64,000 nucleotides of DNA from an uncultured bacterium (GTDB lineage: Bacteria > Verrucomicrobiota > Verrucomicrobiia > Limisphaerales > UBA8199): positions 64,001-128,000 of the forward strand of contig CAVVMW010000029.1 of NCBI GenBank assembly GCA_963749495.1, given 5' to 3'. Position 1 is the first letter of the stretch; the number at the start of each line of letters is the position of its first letter. The position numbers were made by a program, and so were the translations under genes. The notes beneath the pieces are model-generated. The model was not told the origin of the DNA and searched no databases. It worked only from the letters and a program-made list of their open reading frames with translations. This document shows positions 21,686-32,300 of the stretch, in pieces.

Positions 21686-22354
21686 TCAGTTGGGTGCCTG
21701 GGGCGTTTTTTTTAGACCGTGTTCCTGGAAGAAGCGCTGGATGCTCTCGGGAGCCACGGCGAGGTTACGTTGCTCTCGGAGCCGGGTGGCGATCTGCTCG
21801 AAGCTCAGTGCGGGCTCCTTGATGTATTCCACCAAGACCCAGAGGGTGGTTTGCGTGCTCAGCGCGGCCGTGGGGCTGGTGGCTTGCGCGAAGGCGGCTT
21901 GCTCGCGCTGCTGGCGATTGAGGTGCGGGTCGGCCGCCAGGTAGCGAAACTGGCCTGAGAGCCGGAGACGATCCAATCGGCCCGCCTTGTGCAGTTGGCT
22001 CAAAACGGCGTGACAGGGGTGTTGCAACTTCCCGGTCAGTTCGCTGGCGGACAGTCCGGCGGGGCTGCCTCCGACCAGGTGATCAATGGTGGCGGTGAGA
22101 CTGCCGTGTTTGGAAAAGCCGATCCCTCTGTAGTGCCACAGGCCATCTCGGTCAAAGTCTGGGGAATCGCGCAGAGTGTACCACTTGCCGTTCTGGGTGT
22201 AACTCCTGAAGTAGCCGACCTGCTTGAGGAAGCGGCGCACCGAGATCAGGGCGTAGCCGAGAGCCTCGGCGAGTTGGTCGAGCATCCAGCACTTGCGGCG
22301 GTGGAACAATTTTTCCAGGCGCTCGGTCGCGGGCCGTGGAGGCGTCATAGGCAA
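21686..22354 (-). CDS. Transposase-associated HTH ORF ending in KKTP on an A8 run
   Basis: SVRRFLKQVGYFRSYTQNGKWYTL; ends CTA AAA AAA ACG. Confidence 0.75.
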   Translation of the reverse strand: MPMTPPRPATERLEKLFHRRKCWMLDQLAEALGYALISVRRFLKQVGYFRSYTQNGKWYTLRDSPDFDRDGLWHYRGIGFSKHGSLTATIDHLVGGSPAGLSASELTGKLQHPCHAVLSQLHKAGRLDRLRLSGQFRYLAADPHLNRQQREQAAFAQATSPTAALSTQTTLWVLVEYIKEPALSFEQIATRLREQRNLAVAPESIQRFFQEHGLKKTPQAPN

Positions 22355-23100
22355 ATGATATAGTGTTAAACTATCCGTCAGATATTCAATACTGTATCAT
22401 GGGCTGGGGGCTTGTCAACGCCTTGGCTCGCTCGGCCCGTCCAACGCAGCGCACCGCTTAAGCCACGCCGGGAGAAGGGCTTACGACTACCAGACCTTCA
22501 AAGCTGAAAAACCAGATAGGGCCACCGATGGGACAAAATGATCGAGTATGAAAGTCTGCGGTCGCTGTAAGTGCCTGCCCACCAACGACGCAACCGAGCT
22601 TTGCGATCATAGCCCGAGTTCGTCCTGAGCGCCCCCAACTGCACATCTTCCAGTCACAGGCACAGATGAATCACCAGCCGCCACGGAAATGAGTGTGCCC
22701 ACAAATCGTGACGGCAAGCTTCTCCATTTGGGCACAAAAACCAAACCCCTCACGATCAACAATGAGCATCAACAGAAAGGAAAAACAACTAAACCAAATG
22801 AAAACCATCCTCCTCCTCCGCGACTTCCACCTGTTTTCTGCAAGACCCCAACCCCATCCTGATCCGCCAGCTCAAAGACGTGCTCCAGGAGGCCAAGACC
22901 AAATCGAAGACGCTCAGCATTCAGAGCCGTACACGGGACTGCCAGGCCATGACCAGTCCGAGCCCCGCAAGAGGAAGCGTCAATGAGAGGGGGGGCTGAC
23001 GGCGGGCCAAATGAAGCGCAGCGGTCGGATTCCTGGCCGAGACCGGGGCAAAAAACAATTGCTTTTCAGCGTTGAGCGGACTAATCTGTGTTCACTTACT

Positions 23101-24255
23101 ATGAGCACAACTACACCAAAGACAATTGCACTCGAAATCGCCGCATTGGCGGGTGACGGCATCGGCCCGGACATTATGCGGGAGGCGATCAAGGTTTTAA
23201 GGGCAATCGAAAAGAGGTTCCACCTGACGCTTGAGATTACGGAGGGGCTAGTGGGTTGGGCAGCAATCGACAAGGAAGGGAAGGCCTTGCCGGATAGCAC
23301 CCTGGCTCTGTGCAAGAAGTCCGGCGCGATTCTCTTCGGCGCGGTTGGGTTATATTACCGGGATCCCGAAGCGGTTAAAGAGAAGCGGCCGGAGCGGGCA
23401 TTGCTGCGGCTGCGCAAGCAGCTAGGGTTGTTCGCCAATCTTCGCCCGGTTAAACTTTATCCTGAATTGGCGGATGCCTGTCCTCTGCAACCGGAACGTC
23501 AGGGTGAGGGGATCAACATCCTCATGGTGCGTGAATCAACGGGAGGTCTCTACTATGCCTACCCCAAGAAGACCGAACCGGTGATGGAAATGAAAGAGGC
23601 GGGGACCCCAGCACAAGAGGTCTTGCGAGCAGTGGACACGATGGCTTTGACGGCGTCTGAGATCGAACGGATCGCTCACGTGGCTTTTCGAGCGGCGTGG
23701 CTGCGGCGAAGGAAGGTGACCAGCGTTGACAAGGCCAATATTCTGGAAACAAGCATTCTCTGGCGCAAAATAGTGACTGAAACGAGTCATCAGTATCCGC
23801 AAGTGACCCTCGAAAACATGTTGGTGGATACAGCGGCCATGCAACTGGTCTTGCGACCCTCGCAGTTTAACGTGATCCTCTGTGAAAGCACTTTCGGAGA
23901 GATTCTCAGTGACGAAGCGGCGGCTCTAGTGGGGTCGTTAGGGATGATGCCGAGCGCCAACCTCGGCTATGCGCGTGATGGCCAGACCCGCGGCTTATTC
24001 GAGCCTGCGGGTGGCACCGCGCCCGATATCGCAGGGAAGAATCTGGCCAATCCGATCGCAGAGATTCTGGCTGCCGCCTTGATGTTGCGCTATAGCTTCG
24101 GATTGGACGAAGCTGCCACAGCTATCGAAACCGCTGTCGGAAAAGTGATTTCCGCCGGGTACCGCACGGCTGACATTTTCACCGCTGGCGCAAGTGCCCT
24201 TCGCCAGGTCAGCACTTCACAAATGGGCGATGCCATTGTCGAGGCGATATCGTAG
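23101..24255 (+). CDS. leuB: 3-isopropylmalate dehydrogenase family protein (divergent)
   Basis: LAGDGIGPDI, LFANLRP, VTSVDKANIL, FGEILSDEAA, APDIAGKNLANP. Confidence 0.8.
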   Translation: MSTTTPKTIALEIAALAGDGIGPDIMREAIKVLRAIEKRFHLTLEITEGLVGWAAIDKEGKALPDSTLALCKKSGAILFGAVGLYYRDPEAVKEKRPERALLRLRKQLGLFANLRPVKLYPELADACPLQPERQGEGINILMVRESTGGLYYAYPKKTEPVMEMKEAGTPAQEVLRAVDTMALTASEIERIAHVAFRAAWLRRRKVTSVDKANILETSILWRKIVTETSHQYPQVTLENMLVDTAAMQLVLRPSQFNVILCESTFGEILSDEAAALVGSLGMMPSANLGYARDGQTRGLFEPAGGTAPDIAGKNLANPIAEILAAALMLRYSFGLDEAATAIETAVGKVISAGYRTADIFTAGASALRQVSTSQMGDAIVEAIS

Positions 24256-24817
24256 GAGAGGGGAGTGCGCAGGCGCGTGGCGGTTCACGGTTTCCCCACT
24301 TTTCAACAGACTCAATATGGGGGAAGGAGCACCGTGCATCGTGCGCCGTCGGCCTTTAGGTCGAGGGCTGATTGATCAGGGCATCAGGGTGCTGCACGGC
24401 TTCTCGATATGGCCATGGCCCTCCTGACCATTGAAGAGCCAATATTGGCTGGGTTCAAGAGCCGTCCCGGGGTTGTCGAGCCGGATGATTTGTTCGGCGG
24501 CAAACAACGCGCATGACGATTTGAATGCACAAATGTCAAACTGTGTGTTTCCAGCAATGTGTGCGTCTTATTTGCTGCTCGTCGTCGATCCGATGAAATC
24601 TGTGGGGATGAGATGACGATTAGCCGGGCTGTAACGCCATCAGAGCGAGCGGCTTCATGGCGACCGCACGGACAGCATTGTCGAAACATGGATCCAGGTG
24701 AAAGGGGTTTCTCAGGGGTCCGTACCGAAGTCCTGGGCCACGAGATCTAGGCACGCCGTAATTCCCCACCTTGCCTCGCCAGTCCTCCCCACCTAGTGTA
24801 AATTGGCAGCGCCGAAC

Positions 24818-25255
24818 ATGAGCGTCAGAGCAGTCTTGTTTTTGTGCACCGGCAACTACTATCGGAGCCGCTTTGCCGAGGGACTCTTCAACCACTTGGC
24901 CGGCCAACTGCGCCTAGGCTGGCGAGCCGACTCCCGTGGGTTGGCCCTGGGGCAGGCAGAAACGGACAATGTGGGCCCCATCTCCATTTGCACCCTGGAG
25001 GCCTTCAAGCTCCGGTCCATTCCAGTCGCCGAGCCGATTCGTTACCCCAGGGCAGCCACTCTTGCAGACTTGACCTCGGCCGACCTCATCATTGCTCTGA
25101 AGGAAGCGGAGCATCGCGCACTGATGCGGCAGCATTTTCCCGATTGGGAACACCGCATTACGTACTGGCATGTGCATGATCTGGATCAGGCGCCGTCCCA
25201 CCTCGCGCTGGCCGAGATTGACACCCTGGTCCGGGATCTCATCGCTCGCCTTTGA
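24818..25255 (+). CDS. Low-molecular-weight phosphatase / ArsC-fold protein
   Basis: VLFLCTGNYYRSRFAE (CX5R P-loop). Confidence 0.88.
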   Translation: MSVRAVLFLCTGNYYRSRFAEGLFNHLAGQLRLGWRADSRGLALGQAETDNVGPISICTLEAFKLRSIPVAEPIRYPRAATLADLTSADLIIALKEAEHRALMRQHFPDWEHRITYWHVHDLDQAPSHLALAEIDTLVRDLIARL

Positions 25256-25275
25256 AAGCCCTTGCCATAGCACTA

Positions 25276-25475
25276 GGCTATGGCAACTGAGGGCAACCGC
25301 GGAATACGCGGAATACGCGGAAAACAAAGCCGCTCAGCGATCCCGGATGGGGATTGGCCGGCATTGGGGCAGCCCCATTTCATCGCGGTTGCATCCGCAT
25401 AGATACGATCACGGAAAGGAAGAAACAACGCCTGCCTTGGTCTCTTGAAGGGAGGTGACTTTTTTGTCCTGCGCC
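25276..25475 (+). mobile_element. Right end of the GxxExxY repeat cassette
   Basis: About 200 bp highly similar to 61588-61819: last codons and TGA of the gene, AACCGCGGAATACGCGGAATACGCGGAA, TIR GGTGACTTTTTTGTCC (25454-25469). Confidence 0.8.
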
Positions 25476-25610
25476 CTCTCCGTGCTGCCGGCAGGCCGGG
25501 GCCCTCGCGTCCTTTGCGTCGCTTTTGTCCCTTTTGTCCCTTGCACTTCATGCCGCGCGATCCCGGCGAGGGGTTCCTGCCCGCTCCTGACTCGCCCGAC
25601 CATCCGGCCG

Positions 25611-26990
25611 CTACGGTTTGAGCGCCGCCACGGCCTCATCGAGCGCCTCGGCCAGCACGGCCAGGCCCTCGCGGACGGCCTCCTCGGGGATGGTCAAGGG
25701 CGGGGCGATCTTAACGGTCTGGCCCCAGGCGCCGACCGGGCTGAAGAACAAGAGCCCTTTGTGGAAGCAGCGTTCGACGATGTCATGGGCCAGGTCGTGG
25801 TTTGGCTCTTTGCGGCCGGGCTGAGTCATCTGGAGGCCGCCGACAAGGCCCCGGCAGGTCCAGTGCCCGACCACCTCCGGGTGCGCGCGCTGCAGGCCCG
25901 CCAGGCCCGCGGCCAGGGGTTTCTCCATCCGCGCGGCATTGGCCGGGAGGTCCTCGGCGACGATTTTGCGGAGGTTGGCCAGGGCGGCGGCGCAGCAGAC
26001 AGGATTGCCGGTGTGTGTGCTGGTCATGGAGCCGGGGGGGAATTGGTCCATGATCTCGGGACGGCCGATGACGGCCGAGAGGGGGAGCGAGCTGGAGATG
26101 CCCTTGCCGCAACAGATGAGGTCGGGCGTCACGCCGTAGTGCTCGAAGGCCCAGAACTTGCCCGTGCGGCCGAAGCCGGACTGGACCTCGTCGAAGATCA
26201 GCAGCGCGTCGTTGGTCCGGCACCAGTCTGCAAGGCGGCGGATGTACTGGGCTGGCGCAAAGTCGGGGCCTACGCCCTGGTAGGTCTCGAACATGACCCC
26301 GGCAACGTTGCCGGGTTCGAGCCCCTTTCTTTCGAGCGTCTCCAGGAACAGCTCGAAGCGGGTGTCCGTGGTCCAGTAACCATCCGGGAATGGGACCTGG
26401 ACGATGTCCGGGTCTTCGTTGACGATCCAGCCTTTTTGTCCGGGAATGCCGCCGGCCTGCTGGGCGCCCAGTGTGCGGCCATGAAAGCCGCGTTCGGCGC
26501 CCACCAGGCCGATCTTGCGGGTGCCGCCTTTGCGGATGCCATGGGCGCGGGCGAGCTTGAGGGCGCACTCGGTGGCCTCCGAGCCGGTCGTGAGCAGGAA
26601 GACCTTGCCCAACCCCGGGGGCGCCAGGCGGACCAACTCCTCGACCAGGTCGGCGCGCTGCCGGCTGGGGAAGACGTAGTTGTGCAAGAGACCACCGTTG
26701 ACCTGCTCGATGATAGCGCGGCGGACCTCGGGCGCGCCGTGGCCGGAATTCGCGACGAGGACCCCGCTGGTCCAATCCAGCCATCGGTTGCCGTATTTGT
26801 CATAAACAAAGATGTCCTCGGCGCGGTCCCAGACCAGCGGGGGTTGCCCGCGCATGGACTGGGGCTCGAACCGGCGCAATCGCTCCAGAATCGGCACCGA
26901 GTCGGGGTGCGGCAACGGTGTGAGGATGCGCCGGTATTTGGTTTCTACCCGCGGCACGGCGCGGGGGGTGATGTCGAATTCTTTGCCCAT
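25611..26990 (-). CDS. Class III PLP aminotransferase (GabT-like)
   Basis: TTGSEATE, FHGRT, IFDEVQSGFGRTG, DLICCGKGI, STHTGNP. Confidence 0.92.
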   Translation of the reverse strand: MGKEFDITPRAVPRVETKYRRILTPLPHPDSVPILERLRRFEPQSMRGQPPLVWDRAEDIFVYDKYGNRWLDWTSGVLVANSGHGAPEVRRAIIEQVNGGLLHNYVFPSRQRADLVEELVRLAPPGLGKVFLLTTGSEATECALKLARAHGIRKGGTRKIGLVGAERGFHGRTLGAQQAGGIPGQKGWIVNEDPDIVQVPFPDGYWTTDTRFELFLETLERKGLEPGNVAGVMFETYQGVGPDFAPAQYIRRLADWCRTNDALLIFDEVQSGFGRTGKFWAFEHYGVTPDLICCGKGISSSLPLSAVIGRPEIMDQFPPGSMTSTHTGNPVCCAAALANLRKIVAEDLPANAARMEKPLAAGLAGLQRAHPEVVGHWTCRGLVGGLQMTQPGRKEPNHDLAHDIVERCFHKGLLFFSPVGAWGQTVKIAPPLTIPEEAVREGLAVLAEALDEAVAALKP

Positions 26991-26992
26991 AG

Positions 26993-28271
26993 TCAGATCG
27001 GTCGAGCGTAAACCACCTCAAACACCTTTCCCTCGCCCTCGCGGTTTGGGTCCACGATGGTGAGGCCCTCGGGGCCGAAGCGGGCGGAGACGGTGGCGCC
27101 CTTGCCGGCCTGGAGGTATTTGAAATTGAGGTCGCGCACGATGCGGGCGGCGTGGACGACGGCGACGGTGATGCGCGCCTCTTCGGCAGTCGGGTAAATC
27201 TGGGCCAGGTCCTGGCGGCTGGCGCCCAGGAACTTCATCCGGCAAACAGCCGCCAGCCCGGCGATGAGGCTGTCCACGCCGTAGCCGACATACCCCTGGG
27301 AGCCGTCAGGGCGATTGACCTCGCGCGTGAAATGGTTGTTGGCGGTGCGGCTGCCCCCGCCCTGGTTCCACCAGCGCAGCCCGCGGTATTGCTGGTCGCT
27401 CTCGACCTTGCCGCGGGCGCCCACGATCTCGTGGCCCTGGTTGACGGGCCCCTCGAAATCGGGCGGCGTCACCCAGTTGTTCAGGAAATGGATGCTCATG
27501 CCGTTGTCGAAATCCACGCGGACCTGCACGGCGTCGAAGGCATTGATGCCGTCGCTCACCAGCCGTTTTTTCTGGCCGACGGCCGTCAGCGAGACGGGTT
27601 TGCTATGGTAGTAGTGGCAGATCAAATCGAACCCAGTGCGGCCCGACGTAGCTGAAGGGGTCGCTGTGCTCGACCCACTTGAAGGTGCTGGTGGAGACCT
27701 CCAGCGGTTCCTCCAGGTAGGCCACGCCGTAGAGGGGTTGGCCGATGCGGTGGCGCAGGTCGTGGCGTATCCGCAGGTGGTCGGGGTCGTAGCGTTTGTG
27801 CATGTCCACCGCCACGATACGGTCCCGGCTCCGGGCCAGGTCAATGATGCGGTCGGCCTCGGCCAGGTCGAGGCACATCGGTTTTTCGGTCAGGACGTGC
27901 GCGCCGGCCTCGAGGGCGGCGAGGATGACCTCGGTGTGCAGGTGATCGGGCGTGGCCACGGCCACGATGTCCAGGCCGGGAAAATCCCCCAGCATCGCCA
28001 GCCATGGCCGCTCTCCCCAATAGGCGCGCGGGGCGCAGCCGGTCCGGCCCTGGTAATCCGCCTGCGCCCGGCGGGCGGATTTTTCCGTGCGCGTGGCCAC
28101 GGCAACCAGTTCGAACCGGAGCGGCGCCAGGTCCCGCGCCCAGGCATCCAGGCCCAGGCGCCCCAGTTGCGGGCTGATGCCGCTGCGCTGCAGATCGGCA
28201 TAGGCGCGCGCGTGAACGTCCCCGCCGAACATGCCCGCCCCCACCAATGCCAGTTTGATGCTGCCTTCCAT
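26993..28271 (-). CDS. Gfo/Idh/MocA oxidoreductase; frameshift near 27630
   Basis: LVGAGMFG, VATPDHLH, HVLTEKP; continues in the 26993..27844 frame. Confidence 0.85.
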
Positions 28272-28363
28272 CGTGACGGCGAGTTCTATCATCCAGGGCG
28301 GCCGGGTGCAACGAAAACACTTCGGCTGGACGGCGGGATCGGCCAAACCTAAGATGCCCAAGG

Positions 28364-29086
28364 ATGATCGGAACGATTGTCAACGTGGGCGGCATCGTGG
28401 TGGGCGGCATCGCCGGCCTAAGCGGACGCCGGGCGCTCCGGCCCGTCACGGAGTCGAATCTGAAGGTGATCCTGGGGGTGTTCACGGTCTATTACGGTTT
28501 GCGGCTGGCGTGGCTGAGCCTCGGGGGTTCAGTGGGGCAGGTCCTCAAGCAGGTCCTCATCGCGGTGCTGGCATTGACGGTTGGCAAGCTGGCCGGGCGG
28601 TTGCTGGGCCTGCAACGGATGTCCAACGCATTGGGCCGGGCGGCGCGCCAGAAGATTGCCGAGGCCAGGCCGGACAACCCGCGCCGCCTGGGCGAGGGAT
28701 TCAAGGTCTGCGCGGCGCTCTTTTGCGCCGCCCCGCTCGGGGTGGCCGGGGCCGTGCAGGACGGGCTCTCCCAGTATTGGTACCCGCTCGGGGTCAAGGC
28801 GGCGATGGATGGGCTGGCAACGATGAGTTTTGTCTCTCTATTCGGAGGCGGGGCGATGCTCTCGGCGGTGCCGGTGCTGGCCGTGCAGGGCACGATCACG
28901 CTGGCGTGCGGGCAGTTCCTGAAGCCATTCCTGGAGGGGCGCGCCCTGGTGGATTCCGTGAACGCCGTGGGCGGGTTGGTGGTCTTTTGCGTGGCGCTGG
29001 TGATACTGGGTCTCAAGCGCATCGAGTTGGCCGAATACCTGCCGAGCCTGCTGTTTGGCCCGCTGCTGACCTGGCTCTGGAGGTAG
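28364..29086 (+). CDS. DUF554 family membrane protein
   Basis: MIGTIVN, GAVQDGL..KAAMDG, SAVPVLAVQGTIT; many hydrophobic helices. Confidence 0.85.
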   Translation: MIGTIVNVGGIVVGGIAGLSGRRALRPVTESNLKVILGVFTVYYGLRLAWLSLGGSVGQVLKQVLIAVLALTVGKLAGRLLGLQRMSNALGRAARQKIAEARPDNPRRLGEGFKVCAALFCAAPLGVAGAVQDGLSQYWYPLGVKAAMDGLATMSFVSLFGGGAMLSAVPVLAVQGTITLACGQFLKPFLEGRALVDSVNAVGGLVVFCVALVILGLKRIELAEYLPSLLFGPLLTWLWR

Positions 29087-29152
29087 GCCCCGTGCAACAA
29101 TGGGGTCAAAACCCCATTGTCTGGCTAATGCAGCCAATTAAACGTAGTTATT

Positions 29153-29740
29153 ATGCAAAACGTGTTTGGCGTTCCGCCTTTCGGCGCTTCGGATCTCGAA
29201 GCGAGTCCCAGTTTCAATGTCGTTATCGCTTACGAAGATTTCCAAACCGGCAAGCACGCCAAGAGGACTTACGATTTTCTGGCGGAGCACCTGGGCCGGG
29301 AATGCGAGTTCACCAACCAGATGTGGAAGTTCGACGTGCTGCGCATCGCCAAGCTGCGGGAGATGGCGGTCAAGGACGCCGCCCAGGCCGACATCATCAT
29401 CATCTCCAGCCACGGGGCCGACGAACTGCCGCAGCCGGTGAAGGCCTGGATCGAGATGTGGCTGGCCGAGAAAGGCAACGCCATCGCCCTGGTCGCCTTG
29501 TTCGACTGCCCCAGCGATGAAGCCGCCAGGACCAGCGGGATTCGGGCCTATCTTGCGGACGTTGCCCGGCGCGGCGGCATGGAGTTCTTCGCCCAACCGG
29601 ATGATTGGCCGGGCCGGCGCGAGGCAGGTGGCGAATTGCAATTCGAGGATGCCTTCCGCTTTGACGCCAGGACCCTCGCCACGCTGGCCGGCGTCGTCCA
29701 ACAGGACTCGGGTCCCCCCCGCTGGGGAATCAACGAATAG
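29153..29740 (+). CDS. Hypothetical protein (flavodoxin/receiver-like pattern)
   Basis: Clean 195-aa ORF with host-like codon usage; FNVVIAYED..ADIIIIS. Confidence 0.7.
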   Translation: MQNVFGVPPFGASDLEASPSFNVVIAYEDFQTGKHAKRTYDFLAEHLGRECEFTNQMWKFDVLRIAKLREMAVKDAAQADIIIISSHGADELPQPVKAWIEMWLAEKGNAIALVALFDCPSDEAARTSGIRAYLADVARRGGMEFFAQPDDWPGRREAGGELQFEDAFRFDARTLATLAGVVQQDSGPPRWGINE

Positions 29741-29761
29741 GCCTGTCCCGGTCCGTGGAGT

Positions 29762-29850
29762 CGCGAAGCGTTTTGGACTGCGCCAGTCCTCTGGCGCTTT
29801 CGCGCCGCCAGCGTCCGAAAAGCGCCGGAGGACTGGCGCAGTCCAAAACC
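29762..29850. repeat. REP-like palindromic doublet, copy 2
   Basis: GCGCCAGTCCTCTGGCGC...GCGCCGGAGGACTGGCGC. Confidence 0.85.
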
Positions 29851-29962
29851 TTGCGGCTTCCCCGACGGTTTAGTCCCTTGTGTCCCTTGTCAGATGTGCC
29901 CTCTGCTCTGGGCGCGCGACTTTCCCCTCGCCAAGGCCGGGCCGCCGATTACACTGCGCCTC

Positions 29963-31117
29963 ATGACGAACGTCCGTTTGGGGCTCATCGGTCTTGGCAA
30001 CATCGGCCAGCATCATGCCGGCTACCTGTTGGCGGGCAAGGTCAACCGCGCCCAGTTGGTGGCGGTGTCCGATGCCGTGCCGGGGAAGCTGGAGAAGTTC
30101 AAGCAGTTAAAGGCATTCACCGACGGCGAGGAGTTGATCGGCTCGGGCCTCGTGGATGCGGTCATCATCGCGACGCCGCATTACCAGCACACGACTCTGG
30201 GCATCGCCGCCCTCCAACGGGGTCTGCACATCATGGTGGAAAAGCCCATCTCGGCGCACAAGGCCGACGCCGAGCGGCTGATTGCGGCGCACCGGCAGAG
30301 CCCGCGGCTTGTCTTTGCGGGGATGTTTCAGCTCCGGGCCGAGCCGCGCTACTTGAAGATGAGGAAGCTGCTGCGGGAGGGCGAGCTGGGCGACCTGGTG
30401 CGGATGAGCTGGATCATGACGGATTGGTTTCGCACGGAGGCCTACTACGCCAGCGGCGGCTGGCGCGCGACTTGGAAAGGCGAGGGAGGCGGCGTGCTCC
30501 TCAACCAGTGCCTCCACAACCTCGATGTCGTCCAATGGCTGCTGGGCATGCCCGCCCGCGTGCGCGGCTTCTGCCAGCTCGGACGCTTTCACCAGATTGA
30601 GGTCGAGGACAACGTCTCGGCTTATCTCGAATATCCCAATGGGGCGACGGGCCTGTTCGTTTCCTCGACCGGCGAGGCGCCGGGCACCAACCGGTTCGAG
30701 CTGGCCGGCACGCGCGGCAAGCTCGTGCTCGAGCGCAACCGGCTCTGCTTCACCCGCAACGAGACCGATATGCTCGAGTTCAGCCGAACCTCCAAGGTCG
30801 GGTTTGCCAAGCCCGATGTGTGGCAGATCGAGATCCCGTTCGATAACGCCGCCAACAACCATGCGCTGCTCCTGCAGAACTTCGTCAACGCCATCATCGA
30901 GGGCGAGCCTTTGATCGCCCCGGGCCAGGAGGGCATCCATTCGGTCGAGTTGGCCAATGTGATGCTCTACTCCTCGCTCGCCGGCCAGACCATCGAACTG
31001 CCCCTGGACAGCGCCGCCTACGAGAACAAACTCAATGAGTTGATCGCCCAATCCAGGCTCCAAAAGAAAGTGGTCGAGGTCATAGACGAGGATTTCACGA
31101 AATCCTTCAACCGGTAA
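29963..31117 (+). CDS. Gfo/Idh/MocA oxidoreductase
   Basis: GLIGLGNIG, IATPHYQH, VEKP, GGGVLLNQCLHNLD. Confidence 0.92.
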   Translation: MTNVRLGLIGLGNIGQHHAGYLLAGKVNRAQLVAVSDAVPGKLEKFKQLKAFTDGEELIGSGLVDAVIIATPHYQHTTLGIAALQRGLHIMVEKPISAHKADAERLIAAHRQSPRLVFAGMFQLRAEPRYLKMRKLLREGELGDLVRMSWIMTDWFRTEAYYASGGWRATWKGEGGGVLLNQCLHNLDVVQWLLGMPARVRGFCQLGRFHQIEVEDNVSAYLEYPNGATGLFVSSTGEAPGTNRFELAGTRGKLVLERNRLCFTRNETDMLEFSRTSKVGFAKPDVWQIEIPFDNAANNHALLLQNFVNAIIEGEPLIAPGQEGIHSVELANVMLYSSLAGQTIELPLDSAAYENKLNELIAQSRLQKKVVEVIDEDFTKSFNR

Positions 31118-31137
31118 ACGCTCCGGCGCCGACCTTC

Positions 31138-31193
31138 CGTCATTCGTCATTCGTCATTCGTCATTCGTCATTCGTCATTCGTCATTCGTCATT
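31138..31193 (+). repeat. Heptamer tandem array (CGTCATT)x8
   Basis: Read directly; ends 11 bp before ATG 31205. Confidence 0.95.
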
Positions 31194-31204
31194 CACGTCC
31201 CCCT

Positions 31205-32088
31205 ATGATCTACACAGGCATCGGCGACGAAGCAGCCGCGGGCATCGATGGCCAAATCGAGGCCACGCGCGAACTCAATTGGACCTGCCTGGAGATGCGC
31301 GGCGTGGAGGTCCCCGGCTACGCCAAGGCGAATTTTCACGATATTCCGGATGCGGCCTTCGACCTGGCGGTCCGCAGGCTGGAATCGGCCGGGGTTGGGG
31401 TCTATTGCTTCGGCTCGACCATTATGAATTGGGCCAGGCGGATCGAGGACCCGTTCGAGTTGACCTTGTCCGAGGTCCAGCGCGCCATCCCGCGGATGCT
31501 CCGCCTGGGCGCCAAGTACGTGCGTATCATGAGCTTCAAGCCGGGCGACGAGGAATATCGGATCCCCCCAAGGTCTTTCGGCGGGTCAAGGAGGTGACCA
31601 CCCGGTTCCTGGACGCCGGGCTGCAGCCCGTGCACGAGAACTGCATGAACTTCGGGGGCATGAGCTGGCAGCACGCCCTTGAATTGCTCGACAAGTGCCC
31701 GGGGCTCAAATGGGTCTTCGACACCGCCAACCCGATCTTCAACCCCGACCGTTCCAAGCCCAAGCCCTGGCCCAGGCAGGACCCGTGGGAGTTTTGGACC
31801 CACCTGCGCGACCACGTCCTCCACGTGCACATCAAGGATGCCACGTGGAACGCGGCCAAGAACGATGCGGACTACACATGGCCGGGCGAAGGCCACGGCC
31901 GCGTGGGCGACATCCTCAAAGACGCCCTGGCCCGGGGTTACCCGGGCGCCCTGTCCATCGAACCCCACATGGTCAGCGTCTTCCACGACCCCCAGGCCAA
32001 GGCGGCCAACGAAAGCGCCTTGCGCCAGAACTACGTCCAATACGGGCGCCGGCTCGAACAGATGGTCGCGCGCCTCGCCGGGGCGTGA
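31205..32088 (+). CDS. Sugar phosphate isomerase/epimerase (AP endonuclease 2 TIM barrel); frameshift near 31565
   Basis: TGIGDEAA, VHEN, FDTAN, HVHIKD, SIEPH. Confidence 0.85.
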
Positions 32089-32090
32089 GA

Positions 32091-32300
32091 GGCGTCGCAT
32101 AGCAACGCACTGAAGGTAGCCGTGGACCTTGGTCCACGGTTTGGAAGGTCGGAGTCGTCGGGCGTCGCGTAGCGACGCCTGAGGTTAAGGCGGTGCCCCT
32201 TGAATTTTTTCCGACCGTCGCTACGCGACGCGCCTGCTATTTTGAATCGAGGATCCGTGGACTGGAAGTCCACGGCTACCATCAGGCACCGCTACGCGGT
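32091..32300. repeat. Large REP-type palindrome between convergent genes
   Basis: GGTAGCCGTGGAC..CGTCGCGTAGCGACG / CGTCGCTACGCGACG..GTCCACGGCTACC. Confidence 0.8.

Larger units (their letters stand above)
19850..22446 (-). mobile_element. Unclassified two-ORF DDE-type insertion sequence
   Basis: Short imperfect inverted ends CGTTGGA(19850)...TCCAACG(22446) enclose an HTH ORF and a transposase ORF; no target duplication seen. Confidence 0.6.
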
